Shown here piece by piece: positions 37,932 to 50,100 of a stretch of DNA of 64,000 nt. Below the pieces are notes generated by a model. The model saw nothing but the letters and a program-made list of their open reading frames with translations. It did no database searches and had not been told where the DNA came from. The DNA comes from Trichoplax sp. H2 (lineage: Eukaryota). Within the stretch, counting starts at the first letter, position 1. Every line of letters starts with the position of its first letter. Where the stretch lies: positions 62,001-126,000 of the forward strand of contig NOWV01000131.1 in assembly GCA_003344405.1 (NCBI GenBank), written 5' to 3'. Position numbers and translations under genes: made by a program.

Positions 37932-40307
37932 TTAGGATTCCTCCGTATTCATTTTCCTGTCAACGAACAATCGTTCTATTTCTTCAAGAGTTTTCCCTTT
38001 AGTTTCCGGTACACAAAAGAATACAAAAATTGCCGCTAATAGATTCCACGCAGCAAAAAACCAAAAAGTGCCATAATCTTTCATGGATTTTCTCATGTAA
38101 ATAAAAGAATAGGTGATCGTAAAAGCAGCAGTCCAATTGATGAGCGTAGCTATACCACTAGCTATTCCTCGAGCGCGAGCAGGAAAGAGTTCTGACATCA
38201 TTAACCAAGGAATAGCACCCCATCCCATGGAGAAAGCAACAAGGTACACGAAAAGACTAAGCATTGCTAGCCAATTTAAATTCGTTGTTGTCTTGGGTTG
38301 AATATAGTAATAGACACCAAATGTAGTACAAGAAATTGCCATAATCACAGCGGGCGTGATAAGTAAGACTCTTCTTCCAAGACGATCAACCAACATGACG
38401 CTTATTAGTGTAGCTCCAACTTGTACTGAAGTAGCTATTAAATTGACCTGATAACGTAAGAAAAGATTTGTAGTGAATATAGTATATTGAATAATAGTAG
38501 AATCAATGGTACAACAACATACCAGCTTGGGGTCTCCAAAGCCAGCTTCTTTAAAGATATATGTGCAAAAGAAAAGCACAGCATTTATTCCACTGAATTG
38601 TTGAAATATCATTAAACCAATTGAAATTAATAAGGGTTTAAATAGGACTGGATTTTTAAATTCGGAGAAATGCATTTTTTGTCCGTTATCTAAGTTATTT
38701 TCTATGTCGTATAGTTCTGTATTAATATCCGCATGTGATCCGCGTAACCATCTATCAAAATACCCATAAGTGTATCAGTTATAGAAGCATTGCTTTCAAT
38801 AATCTATTGAAGCGATTAGATATATTACGCTATCGTACTTTAACTGTTTTATAGCCATAGGGCGTTTTCCTTTAGCGAGAAGGTATCGTGGGGTCTCAGG
38901 CATGAACATTATTCCTAAAGCCATCAAAATTGGAAGAACCATACCAACGAGTGCTAAATAATTCCAGTTAATTCCAAGAGCCAGTACAGCTCCCAAAAGA
39001 AATCCTATAGTGACGGATAATTGATTCATCGAGCCAAGCATACCACGACTTTCAGCAGTTGAAATCTCTGCTATGTATATCTATTATGGAGATAAAATAT
39101 TATATTTATAGTACCAGTAACTCTTTATTATTTCATTTATAAAACTAATATTTAGACTGTTAATCCTACAAGGCTACATATACATATACAGTATAGTTTG
39201 TAGTAAGATTATGTAAAAGTAATAGTATAGTAAATAAACTGCCATCATCGAGTTACCGGGACTACCAGCGATGCCATACCAACACCTAACCCACATATCA
39301 AGCGTCCAATCAGTAGTGATACAACAGCTTCTGCGTATATGATTAAAAGCCAACCAGCGACAAAAGGCAATGAAATGACGATTAATGTAGACTGTCTACC
39401 AATAAAATCGATTAAAAAACCAGCCACGGGAGCGCCGATCAGTCCTCCAATTGCAATTAAAGACTGTTAGGAAAGTTAGATAAATGGAATAACCATTACA
39501 ATCGGTCATAGCTTAATCATAAGAATCAGTCATAAGATCATGGCATGACGAGGAGTCTATGACTTTGCTATTTATATGTGTCTATTTAGACGAAGAGTTT
39601 GTGACTAGCGGTAGGTATCTTGGTATGCAGATATTTTACTTTACAAGTCCATACTTACGTCTCGTAAAAAGCAATTACACTGTAATAACATATGTTTAAG
39701 GCAACTCGCTTGCTACAACTACAACGTATTACAGTATTCATTGATTCAAGCTAGGAGGAATTAACTTTAGACTTGGAACGAGTAATATTGAGTGACGAAT
39801 CATTTTAGTTGATGATTATTGAAACTCCTGGACGGTTACTTATAGTAATAGGGGGGGGGGTGTTATCTGGTAATAAAATATAGTAAATCAGTATTTTTTT
39901 GTGTAACTAACTACACTAATGAAGTTCTATCCAGTTCGCATTTACTGTATCCTCATTCAATTAAGTTTATTCGGCTACTAGGAAATTTCATGTTGGATAA
40001 TCGTTCAATCAATCCGTTCATAACTTACAGTAAACCAGGCAGATTGTGATCGGTTGAGTTGTAACTTTCCTGCCGAAGGTTCTTGCAGTTCCGGTAACGA
40101 AGGCGAAGCATACTCCAATGAGTATCCAAAGCTAACTGCACCTAGACAAGCTATTAATGCTGCCATATAAACTGAAAAGGATGTACCCATACTCTTAGTA
40201 TGATTGTTCCCATTGGTGATACTTTTTATATTATCGGCAGAATTGAGTTCTTCTGCGGATTGAGAAATCAACTTGTGATTGCTACTATCTTGTAAGTGAG
40301 ATTCCAT
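37932..40307 (-). CDS. GLUT8 (SLC2A8)/Tret1-like sugar transporter paralog 6 (most canonical), about 490 aa, 5 coding exons
   Basis: Exons 40307-40029, 39463-39257, 39080-38839, 38751-38523, 38447-37932. GT-AG introns, 1473 nt open. Canonical motifs: PIYIAEIS, RGMLGSMNQL, PETPRYL, QQFSGINAV, DRLGRR, GWGAIPWLMMSELFP, INWT, PETKGKTLEEIE. Confidence 0.95.
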
Positions 40308-40778
40308 TATAATTGATTACAACGCGTATAATAAAAAGGACGCTAATTTGGCTGAAGGTATGGAAAATAGAGAGCAATTTAAAGTTGGCCGCTAATCAAC
40401 ATCATCAGGCACCGTTTTCTGCCGACTGTACAGTATATTAAGTAATTTTTTAAAATCAATCAATAATCTATCTTGATTCTCGTATCTGGTACTAATAGGA
40501 TCGAATTTGGTAATATAGTACAGGAACTTTTGACGACCAACACAGTTTAGTTCTAATGACTGTACTGATGATAAATGTTACTGAACAACAAGAATAATTT
40601 TGCTATAGTAATCGTTACAGTTTTTGAGCCTAATCGACCGGATTGCGTCGTTATACCAGCATAAACACAGCATGTTGTACACTACATTACTATGCAGTCG
40701 AGCTCAGTCTAAGCCTACTGTATTCCTTTTCCACAGTGATGGGAGTCATGTGACTGGAAATCCTTGATGAGTACAACT

Positions 40779-41175
40779 CAGTACAGTACAGTACAGTACA
40801 GTAGTCGATGACAATACAGTGTACAGTGTACAGTACAAGTTTTTCTACCGCGTTACCAGCGGTCTCCTTTAATGTACAGTACAGTACAGTACTGTACTGT
40901 ACTGTATAGTACTGTACTGTACAGTACAGTACAATAAAAGGATACTGGAGACAGTACGGGAGTGAGTACGGTACTGTATGCAGAAATTCTTTTTTCACAA
41001 CTGCACAGATTCTGCGCTGTAAAGTTGTCCCTTTTGGGCCACCGTACAGTACAGTACAGTATGTCATACAGTACAGTACAGTATAACTCCTCTCAGGCTC
41101 TCACGTACTGTACAGTACAATACACTCACTGTACTGTACTGTACTGTACTGTACAGTACAGTACAGTACAGTATA
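40779..41175. repeat. (CAGTA)n/(TACTG)n pentanucleotide microsatellite with orientation switches
   Basis: Runs of AGTAC-AGTAC and ACTGT-ACTGT that abut head-to-head around ACAGTACTGT palindromes. Confidence 0.9.
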
Positions 41176-41176
41176 G

Positions 41177-41715
41177 GAAAAAGAGGCAGTGGACTCGGTG
41201 GAGAGTACAGTACTGTACAGTACTCTACTTTTCTTGTACTGTAGTAGTCCCCAGAGGAAGATCACACCTGAGGTCTGTCTGTATACTGTAAAATGTGCGT
41301 AAGAAAAAGAGACAGTGGACTCGGTGGAGAGTACTCTACTTTTCTTGTAGTAGTCCCCAGAGGAAGATCATACCTGAGGTCTGTCTGTAGGTCCCTACTG
41401 TACTGTACTGTACAGTGTACAGTACTGTAAAATGTGCGGGTACAGTACAGTATACTGTAGCTCTGTACTGTACAGTACTCTACTTTTCTTGTTGCAGTCC
41501 CCAGAGGAAGATCACACCTGAGGTCTGTCTGTACAGTACTGTAAAATGTGCGGGTACAGTACAGTATACTGTAGCTCTGTACAGTATAAAAAGAAAGAAA
41601 AAGAGACAGTGGACTCGGTGGAGAGTACTCTACTTTTCTTGTAGTACTGTAGTCCCCAGACGAAGATCATACCTGAGGTCTGTCTGTAGGTCCCTACTGT
41701 ACTGTAAAATGTGCG
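41177..41715. repeat. Tandem repeat, about 4 copies of a ~120 bp unit interleaved with CAGTA runs
   Basis: AAAAGAG(A/G)CAGTGGACTCGGTGGAGAGTAC..TCTACTTTTCTTG..AGTCCCCAGA(G/C)GAAGATCA(C/T)ACCTGAGGTCTGTCTGT..ACTGTAAAATGTGCG at about 41177, 41303, 41475 (partial) and 41598. Confidence 0.9.
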
Positions 41716-41970
41716 GGTATAGCTCTGTAGTAGTGGTTCATCAAATGCAGTACACCTAGCTGTGACTAGGACTACATCGCCGCGGTTCCTAATCGTTACA
41801 AATCATCCAATTTTTTTAGCATAATCCTATGACTGCACTTTTATTGGTATAGCTCTGTAGTGGTTCATCAAATGCAGTACACCTAGTTATGACTAGGACT
41901 ACATCGCCGCGGTTCCTAATCGTTACAAATCATCCAATTTTTTAGCATAATCCTATGACTGCACTTTTAT
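41716..41970. repeat. Near-perfect tandem duplication, 2 copies of about 127 bp, upstream of LIN37
   Basis: GGTATAGCTCTGTAG...ACTACATCGCCGCGGTTCCTAATCG...GACTGCACTTTTAT at 41716-41844 and 41846-41970. Confidence 0.92.
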
Positions 41971-42468
41971 TTCAATCTTTCATTTGAATCGTCCTGGTGT
42001 TGAATCATCTTTAACATTGTGGTGTAATACCATCCTCTTTTGGCGATTGTATCACTCGACGATACAGCAAACCTACTGTGTCATCGCCTTTAGTCGTAGC
42101 TGGTTGATTGGATACGATAAACGCGCACATACAGGACAGTACAATAGGAGTAAAGCCATTTTCTGTAGACTTTGTCTGCAGTTTAATAACTTGCTCATCA
42201 GAAAGACGTTACCAACATTGTGGTGCCTTTATTTGGATCAAGAAGTTGTGGAATGTTCACTTGGATAGTATAGCGTTGAAATCGGGCCGCGACAAAACAA
42301 CGGATGGTAGCGATTAGTTGCACCTTTTACAATACAGCAATCCTTTCTTTAGCCAGTCAGCTGTGGATACAATTATTACAGTAGTAATTATTGTAAATTA
42401 TTCAAGCAATCCAGTACAACAACTCTCAACAGATTACATCAACGCTCTACGGTAAATCGATTTAGAAT

Positions 42469-43281
42469 ATGTCTGAAAATAATAGAAGCAGATCGTCCTT
42501 ACATACGAATACCAGCAGCGCAGCCCACAATAGTTGTAATGAAGAATTGAACAATGCAAGAACAAAGTTCAACGATTTGTTACAAGATTTGGTTCGTCAT
42601 AATAAAGAAAGTGCATCGGAACAAGATTGCATAAATAGTTTACTAGAATTGCCTAATCAGCCTTTACTTCCTTCGAATTCCACTGGACCTGAGAAGCGTA
42701 GCCTAGCTCAAAGTAGATCGCCACGAAAGCGAAAAAAGAAAGATAGTGGAAACAACAGTAATGTCCATGATAACTCTAACACGATACCGAGCACACCTGA
42801 AGGTAATAAACCCCCTATACATGTTATCAAGCTATTCGATCGTAGCGTGGACTTAGCACAGTTTGACGAACGTACCTCGTTATATACACTTTGTCGGTCA
42901 TGGATGCATAATAATCCCAATGACGGTAGTGATAATGATGGATTTGCCAAATTAGATTTAGATGCAAATGAAAAAGCTAATAACGATGACACTAATGGTA
43001 GTAATCCAGCCATCGACGAATCAGGTAATGTTCATAGTTTACCAAAGCCATCTATTTTACAAAAGGAACGTTATACTGCTCTGACGCAAGCACCCAAACC
43101 GAAGCTGTGGGACACTAACCTAATCGGCAGTAATCAACAATCGATTGAAGAATTAAAGCGAGTTCATATCGCCAGATGGAAACTTATAAGAGCTAAATCA
43201 CGCGAAAGATTGAGTAGAATGCAAGAGCAATATAGCGAATCTAATCGAATTATTAATAAACTGTATCGACCAAGACATTAA
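42469..43281 (+). CDS. LIN37: LIN37 homolog (MuvB/DREAM complex subunit), 270 aa, single coding exon
   Basis: Signature HVIKLFDRSVDLAQFDERTSLYTLCRSWMHNNP, N-terminal AR..F..LL helix, basic NLS-like RKRKKK, and C-terminal H..RWK.IR...Y.ES..I motif. Confidence 0.92.
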   Translation: MSENNRSRSSLHTNTSSAAHNSCNEELNNARTKFNDLLQDLVRHNKESASEQDCINSLLELPNQPLLPSNSTGPEKRSLAQSRSPRKRKKKDSGNNSNVHDNSNTIPSTPEGNKPPIHVIKLFDRSVDLAQFDERTSLYTLCRSWMHNNPNDGSDNDGFAKLDLDANEKANNDDTNGSNPAIDESGNVHSLPKPSILQKERYTALTQAPKPKLWDTNLIGSNQQSIEELKRVHIARWKLIRAKSRERLSRMQEQYSESNRIINKLYRPRH

Positions 43282-46200
43282 CATTGTATTTATAATTCTT
43301 CGGAAGTCAACGTATACGGTACTGTACGAGTGTACGGTATACAGTAGCATATTAATGTGAATATAATTTTAATAAACCATATTTGACTCCTATTTTAAAC
43401 GAATTTGTATCATGACTCATAAAGCGTATCGGTGAATTGGTTTATTTCACCACTGTAGTGTATTAATAGTGTTTGCATTTTTTTATCGAATAATGATAAA
43501 TAGCACCCAAGAAGTTCATAATATGCTTTCGGTATTTCTGAAGGTATTATATATAATATTTCATAGGTTCAGCATAAGGATAACACGCTGTGTAATTACA
43601 ATTATATATCGTTTTTATCAATGCATTATGTATGAGCTGTATCGATATGTTTTATCTGTGCATTTTTTTTTATACTTCACAATTTATTACTGGATTTGCC
43701 CATACAGATATGGGCTATACGGCAATAATATACATTATATAATGTTCTCTACATATTTCATTATCATAAGTTTTTAGTATGTAAAAAAGTGGGCAGAGCT
43801 ATAGCCACTTACAGTATATTGCACTCGGTGATTCCACTGTATTCTACAAAATCTGGAAGACATTAGCTATTATGCATTTGGTTCTTTAAATTCTTTACTA
43901 ATTTCGTTACTTCTAGGACGTTAATGCAGTTACACGAATTGTATTTTGCCATATGACCACTTTTACATGTACTGAGTGGACAAACTTGCTGCTATATGAC
44001 ATCTATTCCGTTGATATCGTTATATTTGAGAAAAGAATTCGTATAGCTTGGTAACATTTTTATATAAATGAATGCAATAGCGATGCTCTTCTAAAATTCT
44101 TAAATATATTAATCAATCCATTTTGTCTATAATTTTCCTTGTAGAGTTATGCAGCATAAATATGTCAATGCATAGAATGATACTGTATTGTATATCTTAA
44201 TGCTAATAAGCGAATGTATCGAAGATTTGTTATCCTGGTAATAAAAATATCAGTTTATCGTAAAATTTGAACGAGTTCTATTGGTATTTATTTATAAGTG
44301 TAGTGTGGCTTATATTAATTGTTCCGATGTACAAACTCGGTGTGATCTACAATTACTCTGCCGTAAACTGATCACACTCAATGTGGATACTATGTAGCGA
44401 TTAATGGATTATTTGCAGGTTGGATATTTTAGGAGTTTCGATTACTGTATAAAATGTTGGTTTTTGACCTTTTCTAAAAACGTGCTTTGGGAAATCACGG
44501 TTATCTTTACCATTTTTTAGAATTGATATTAATTTATAACTTTATCGTCATTCATAAATAGAATTGAATGCGTTTTATATGTCAATGCTACTTGATTGTA
44601 GCAGTAATAGGTAAAGGAAATTACTATTTTGATAACAACTATCAGAACGTTCAGCATAAATCATTCTTTCTGCCGTTTTATGGTTTACCATAACGTATGC
44701 ACGGATGCAGTCTAGAATCAAATTCATTGGATGACATGGACTTAATTTCATCCTGATCTATAGTAATAAAAGTCTTAATGCTATCCTATAGCGAATCTAA
44801 ATTGCATCATTGTAATCACTCTACGGTATAAATACTAACAAATGCTTTTGCAGAATTCGTGGTCTGTCGCCAATGTAACTACGCGTATAATGATTATAGT
44901 AAGATTTTTGGTCTATTTCCATTATAATACTGCATCGCGCCGAAGAATTGATTGATTGATATCCATCTTCAAAGGTGTAGATATTTTATTACAGATTTAT
45001 GATAATTCATATCAGAAAATTCAAGATGAATCATGATTTATTAACTCAGGACATGAACTACTAGATGTAATTTAGTAGTCTGCGGTCAGGAGCATCACAG
45101 CCTCGGTAAATTCCTGTCGAATACTGATGAATTACGCGTATAATAATAAGCTAATCATGCACTACGCAGCCTGACAGTGCCATTAAATCATTTTATATCT
45201 ACCGTGTACAGATTTAGCAATCTTAAGTTAGAAAATAGTGCTAGCTTCCCGTTCATCGTGAACCAGTCTGGACAGCCAGCCAACTATATACTAGGAAATA
45301 GGAGAATTGAACCACTATACGGTACTACAGCCTTTACGATTGCAAAAGCATCAATGTCTCCTCATCAAGTTTTCAACATAGATAATTGTGAAATAGATAT
45401 ACTAGTATTGGATAAATATCATTCTTGATGATACTTTGCACTTCATGCACCATGCTACTACATACAGTAGGCCACATAGCTATAGCAATTATATAATTAT
45501 TGCTAGCAAACCTGTTACCTAGTTAATAGAGACCTTGTCTGTAATGGAATCTTTAATCCTACCATGCTACTATTAGTGCTACTGTACTGTATGACTGGCT
45601 CGAGAAATGCTGCTTTATGGTGGGCGTACCGTAGCACAGTACAGTACTGTACTACAGTAGTAAGCACTGCATCTCGTTACATACTGTACTGTACAGTACT
45701 GTAAGTACTGTACACTCTACACGTTAGTCATTAGATTTTTATTTTTTAAATTTTTGCGCGTAAAAATCATTACTGTATCTGTATCGTACAGTACTGTAAT
45801 CATTGACGCTATTACTACTGCACACTGACGCTCAGTACACTGCTGCACACTGTACAGTACAGTACAAAATGGTAGAAGTGTACAGTACAGTGTACTGTAC
45901 AGTACTGTACTGTAAGTTATTGTAATACTGTACAGTACAGTACAGTACAGTAAGTTACACTCATACTGTACTGTATGTTTGGCCAGCTGGCAAGAAGGTG
46001 GCTGGCTGTTACTTAGATTTAAAGCAACGAAAAGTTGGTCAAACTTTGCGTACCTACAACCGCTACAAGTGCATGTATTTTAAACTGAATACAGTATAGA
46101 GCTCTAAAATCCCAGATAAAACATACTGTAGATGACATTCTGACAATGATATAGTTACTTATATTCTGCACATCAATTATATTATTCCTTTCTTCAATGG

Positions 46201-46328
46201 GATCCAATTTGCAAATTGTAAATTACACCCAGAGTATAATAATAATAATAAAAATACAATACTCGTACACTCTTTTATCGATACTGTCAAACTAAAACAA
46301 CTGGGTTAGCAATTCTAGTTCACTGTCA

Positions 46329-47120
46329 ATGAAGCTACCTTCGCTGAATACACGTTCCGTGGATTCTAAGGACAACCAAGGCGCTCCGGTAAAATTGATC
46401 AGCTTACGATCGGTAGGAGTTGGCTCATTAGTAGGCTTTTGTACATTTCCTGCAACACTAGGAACTTTGCAAATAGTTCTGTTCAGCCCATTAAGATTAT
46501 CATGCTCAATTCCAGTGGTATCATCTGTTTTTGGCACACTAGCTGTTGCCACTTCGGTTACAGTTGCGTCAATCGCCTCTATATCTGCTTCATTATTTTA
46601 TCAACGACTGGAAAACTCCCTAGCAACAAAGAAAGATACCAGAAAAGAAATTAGTTTACGCTACTCATTTTCTCCCGTTGATTTAGGGTTCTATACTGTA
46701 GCAGCTGGCATTACTTTTAAAATTGCTGGGGGTCGGTTCAAATCTGTATTACCAAGTAGCTTTTTCAAAGCAGGAGCTTTTGCACATTCTTGTATACCTG
46801 CCAAGGGACAGATGTATGCCACAAAGAAAGAAAAATGGTTACTTACCTCGCTCGGGCGAAAATACGGATGCCATACCTGTGGAAGTAGAAGAAGTAAATT
46901 CTATTTTGGAGATCATATTCCTCCGAATACACTACTAAGGAAGGGAGAGCAACAAGTATTTTATCCTCAATGTAATCAATGTTCCAGTTTACAAGGTGGA
47001 TTACTTTCAGGAAATAAAAGTAACTTCAAATTAAAAACGCATGCCTTATCGTTAAGGCTATATCACTTGTATTTACCATTTCCATTTATTTTAATGGCTA
47101 TTCGTCAATTTGCTATATAG
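46329..47120 (+). CDS. Uncharacterised 263-aa protein: N-terminal hydrophobic (putative TM) segments plus C-terminal HNH-like Zn-binding domain; intronless
   Basis: Long ORF in AT-rich DNA. Hydrophobic stretches lie at about aa 25-90 and 120-135. C-terminal motif GAFAHSCIPAKG...YGCHTCG..x9..DHIPP..x13..YPQCNQCSSLQGG. Confidence 0.8.
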   Translation: MKLPSLNTRSVDSKDNQGAPVKLISLRSVGVGSLVGFCTFPATLGTLQIVLFSPLRLSCSIPVVSSVFGTLAVATSVTVASIASISASLFYQRLENSLATKKDTRKEISLRYSFSPVDLGFYTVAAGITFKIAGGRFKSVLPSSFFKAGAFAHSCIPAKGQMYATKKEKWLLTSLGRKYGCHTCGSRRSKFYFGDHIPPNTLLRKGEQQVFYPQCNQCSSLQGGLLSGNKSNFKLKTHALSLRLYHLYLPFPFILMAIRQFAI

Positions 47121-50100
47121 ACAGCATTGATATGTACCAATGTACGCGCATGTATAATATATTATACTGTATATATATAATAACTTAACGCAATCATTGT
47201 ATATTATTATTATAAATATAATTTGATCGGAATACTATAGAAATGTGTCTAAAAGTTTATCATTTTTACTACAGATACTGGACAATAGTCAGATAAAGCG
47301 TGTACAGTATAATTTGACTGTTTACTTCAATTAAATTGTCCAGTATCACAGTACAGTACAGTATTTCAGAAATAGGATTGGCGATGGCATACTGTATGTA
47401 ATCAGGAATGTCACAGTTCACCTCGATGCTCCAAAACTGTCGATATAAGATTTAATATACTGTAAATGTTTCTCCATTAACAGACATAGTATATGTCGAA
47501 GTTTACTTGATATGAAACTAACGTTGGTACAAATATAACGAATTTATAGAAATGACCAACTTCAATTACTGCTATTGGAGGGTGATATTGAATAGAGTAT
47601 CTATGAAAAGGAAAGCAAATTCAATAAATCGTTGTACATTTAGAACATGGATCAAAAAGTAGTTGTTAATTTGCGACGAGACTTTGAATCGTTGTGGTAA
47701 ATGTATCATGACTGAACTTTAAGTTAGCAGGTAGTGATTCAGGAAAATGATAAATTTGGATTAAGGTTCAGAATACAAGAATAAATTAATTTTTAAAATT
47801 ATAACCGTGCTATTCGTCTCAGACAGTTAACTTTGTAATAAATTTATTGCATTATTATGGATGATAATTCTATCTAATGGTACAACTTCGATTGGACTTT
47901 AGAATGTAACATCTACATAATAATTCAGCAAAGATTTCAACCCTGATTACGGTGTAGTGCATTATAAAACGCATATGATGTTCATATGCTTTACGCTGGT
48001 ATTGTACAGATGTAAAATTTTTAAAGTAGCGAGCATCGCATAGTGCGAAAAATTTTATTTCATGTTGTTATTATAACTAGGGTTTGTAGGGTGTGTCTCT
48101 TTACTTACAGGTTGATGTTTTGATAAAATACGCGTACATTATTTTTTCAACGCATATTCATGATATCTATCGTAACTACACAATTTATGATGCCATTATC
48201 CATTAAAATTACCTCATTTTACCATTATATGATGCTATTCTATAACCGCATTTTATCATCGCAATTGGAAACGCTTATACTCCTTTACATCATGCATATT
48301 CATACATGGGCGTTATTGAATATAAAATAATTTTACAAATTGCTAGAATGCACCAAAAGATGTTTTATTTTATTGATAAAGTTCTTCACAAGAATTCTAG
48401 CTTAATTAATAGAACATACAGTATATACGCGTATACAGTACTTAAAATTTTTAAATCTTGGCATGATATCAACGCGCATTCAACATTTCTTAAATTAGGC
48501 AATGGCAAGGCGTTAAAAAAGTGAAATTTTAGTCGAAATTATTTGGTTTAAGTGTATTTTTCTAATTTTACAATTTATATAATATAATAAATCTTAATAC
48601 TATCATTTTTATGAGGGCAACGCTTCTGAAGCTCTAGCCAATTACTGTTGTAAATCCCATTTCATCACGTAAAGTTTTTCTACAGTATTATAAAAATCAT
48701 ATATCTACAGAGCATCATGAAAGAAGATATCACGTAATTTTATGTTAGTTACGATAGCTACGATAGTAACTAACATCGCAAAAAGTTTGAAGTCATTTTT
48801 TAATCTTACGATAGGAAAAAAAAGTTTCGGTCGAATTTGATAAGAAGGGCATCGTGGTAGAATCACTTTATCAGGGACTACTCGCTGGAGCTATCATTAC
48901 CAAAATATTCCGTGATTGGAATATACTAATTGATTTATTTATTTTTACTTTATTTTATTATTCTATGCGGGAATACCACCGGCGTTGTTGGTAGTATCCG
49001 TTCACTAACCATCACAAACCCTAATGAAGGTAAAAAGATAAAAAATATCAATATGTTTTAATATACTCGTACTTAAAAATAGCAATACAAGCTCGGACAA
49101 GATACCCAATTTTGAATATAGACATTGATAATAATAAAATTGATAGAATTTAATAACCAAGTATTGAAAGTAAGCTCTATCGATTGAATGACTATTCTAC
49201 TGTCTAATGTCACTGTATACGCGTACTGACGTTTGCGTATATACAGTACAGCAGTATATGACTAGCGTCCCAATGCAACAAGTGAAGTCAAGGCACAGTC
49301 ACTGCAGCACGATTCAATCACGCACTGACGCATTGATGTCGTGGTGATTCTTTTGTTGCAGCGGCATGACAAAGAGGTTAAGTAGTGCATTAATTAAAGC
49401 GATGACAGAGTGGGTATGTAACCGCAGTATGGTATGGTAGAACTATGCTGTACCGGTGTATTTGAACAGTAGACTACACTTATTGTAGTGTTTTGAACAA
49501 CAGCCCACACATTGTAATGTACATTATACAGAATGAAGAGATAATTAGGTTTACACACCAAAAAATAAAATTTTCTTACGTAATTTTTCCTCACCAATTC
49601 TACTGTATAAATGATGCAAGGCTTTTTAAGCTCATGCTTTGCGAGATTGATTAACTTTCTATTGCAATTTACAGTCCAATTTATTAGAATGCATTTATCT
49701 GTATACTATACTGTATTCGTAAAACACTATCAAGGAGGACGCACTTGAGCTGCTATCCGTACAGTATACAGTACTCTACTGTACAGTGTACAGTGTACAG
49801 TAGATCGCTTAGAAAATAAATGGAACTTTTATGATTCCGAAATCGGCTTGAACCAATTCTTGTTTGTACTTTTTAAAATATTAGATCCGCTCTAAATTGA
49901 TCTAGGTAAAGTCAAATTCGTGATTTTTGTTCTTATTGTACTACGTAAACTGTTGCGGCAGTAACTTGTACTGTATAAGTGACATAGGTGCTGTACACAG
50001 ACTAAACAGTATGTACTAGGCAACGTGTGCAGATGGATTTTGAAACTTCACTTTACGTGAAAGTCAAGTGTTGTGGACTTGATGGGCACTTCAGGTGAAG

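Noticed and set aside
40690-41759. ORFs of 109-125 aa rich in YCTV/QYST
   Set aside because: They are translations of the CAGTA microsatellite and 120-bp repeat, not protein-like.
41983-41988. TTTGAA (CHR-like MuvB-binding element) upstream of LIN37
   Set aside because: The hexamer is too common in AT-rich DNA and the TSS is unknown.
45177-45428. 83-aa ORF that could be a terminal exon
   Set aside because: No recognisable motif, and I could not link it in frame to convincing upstream exons.
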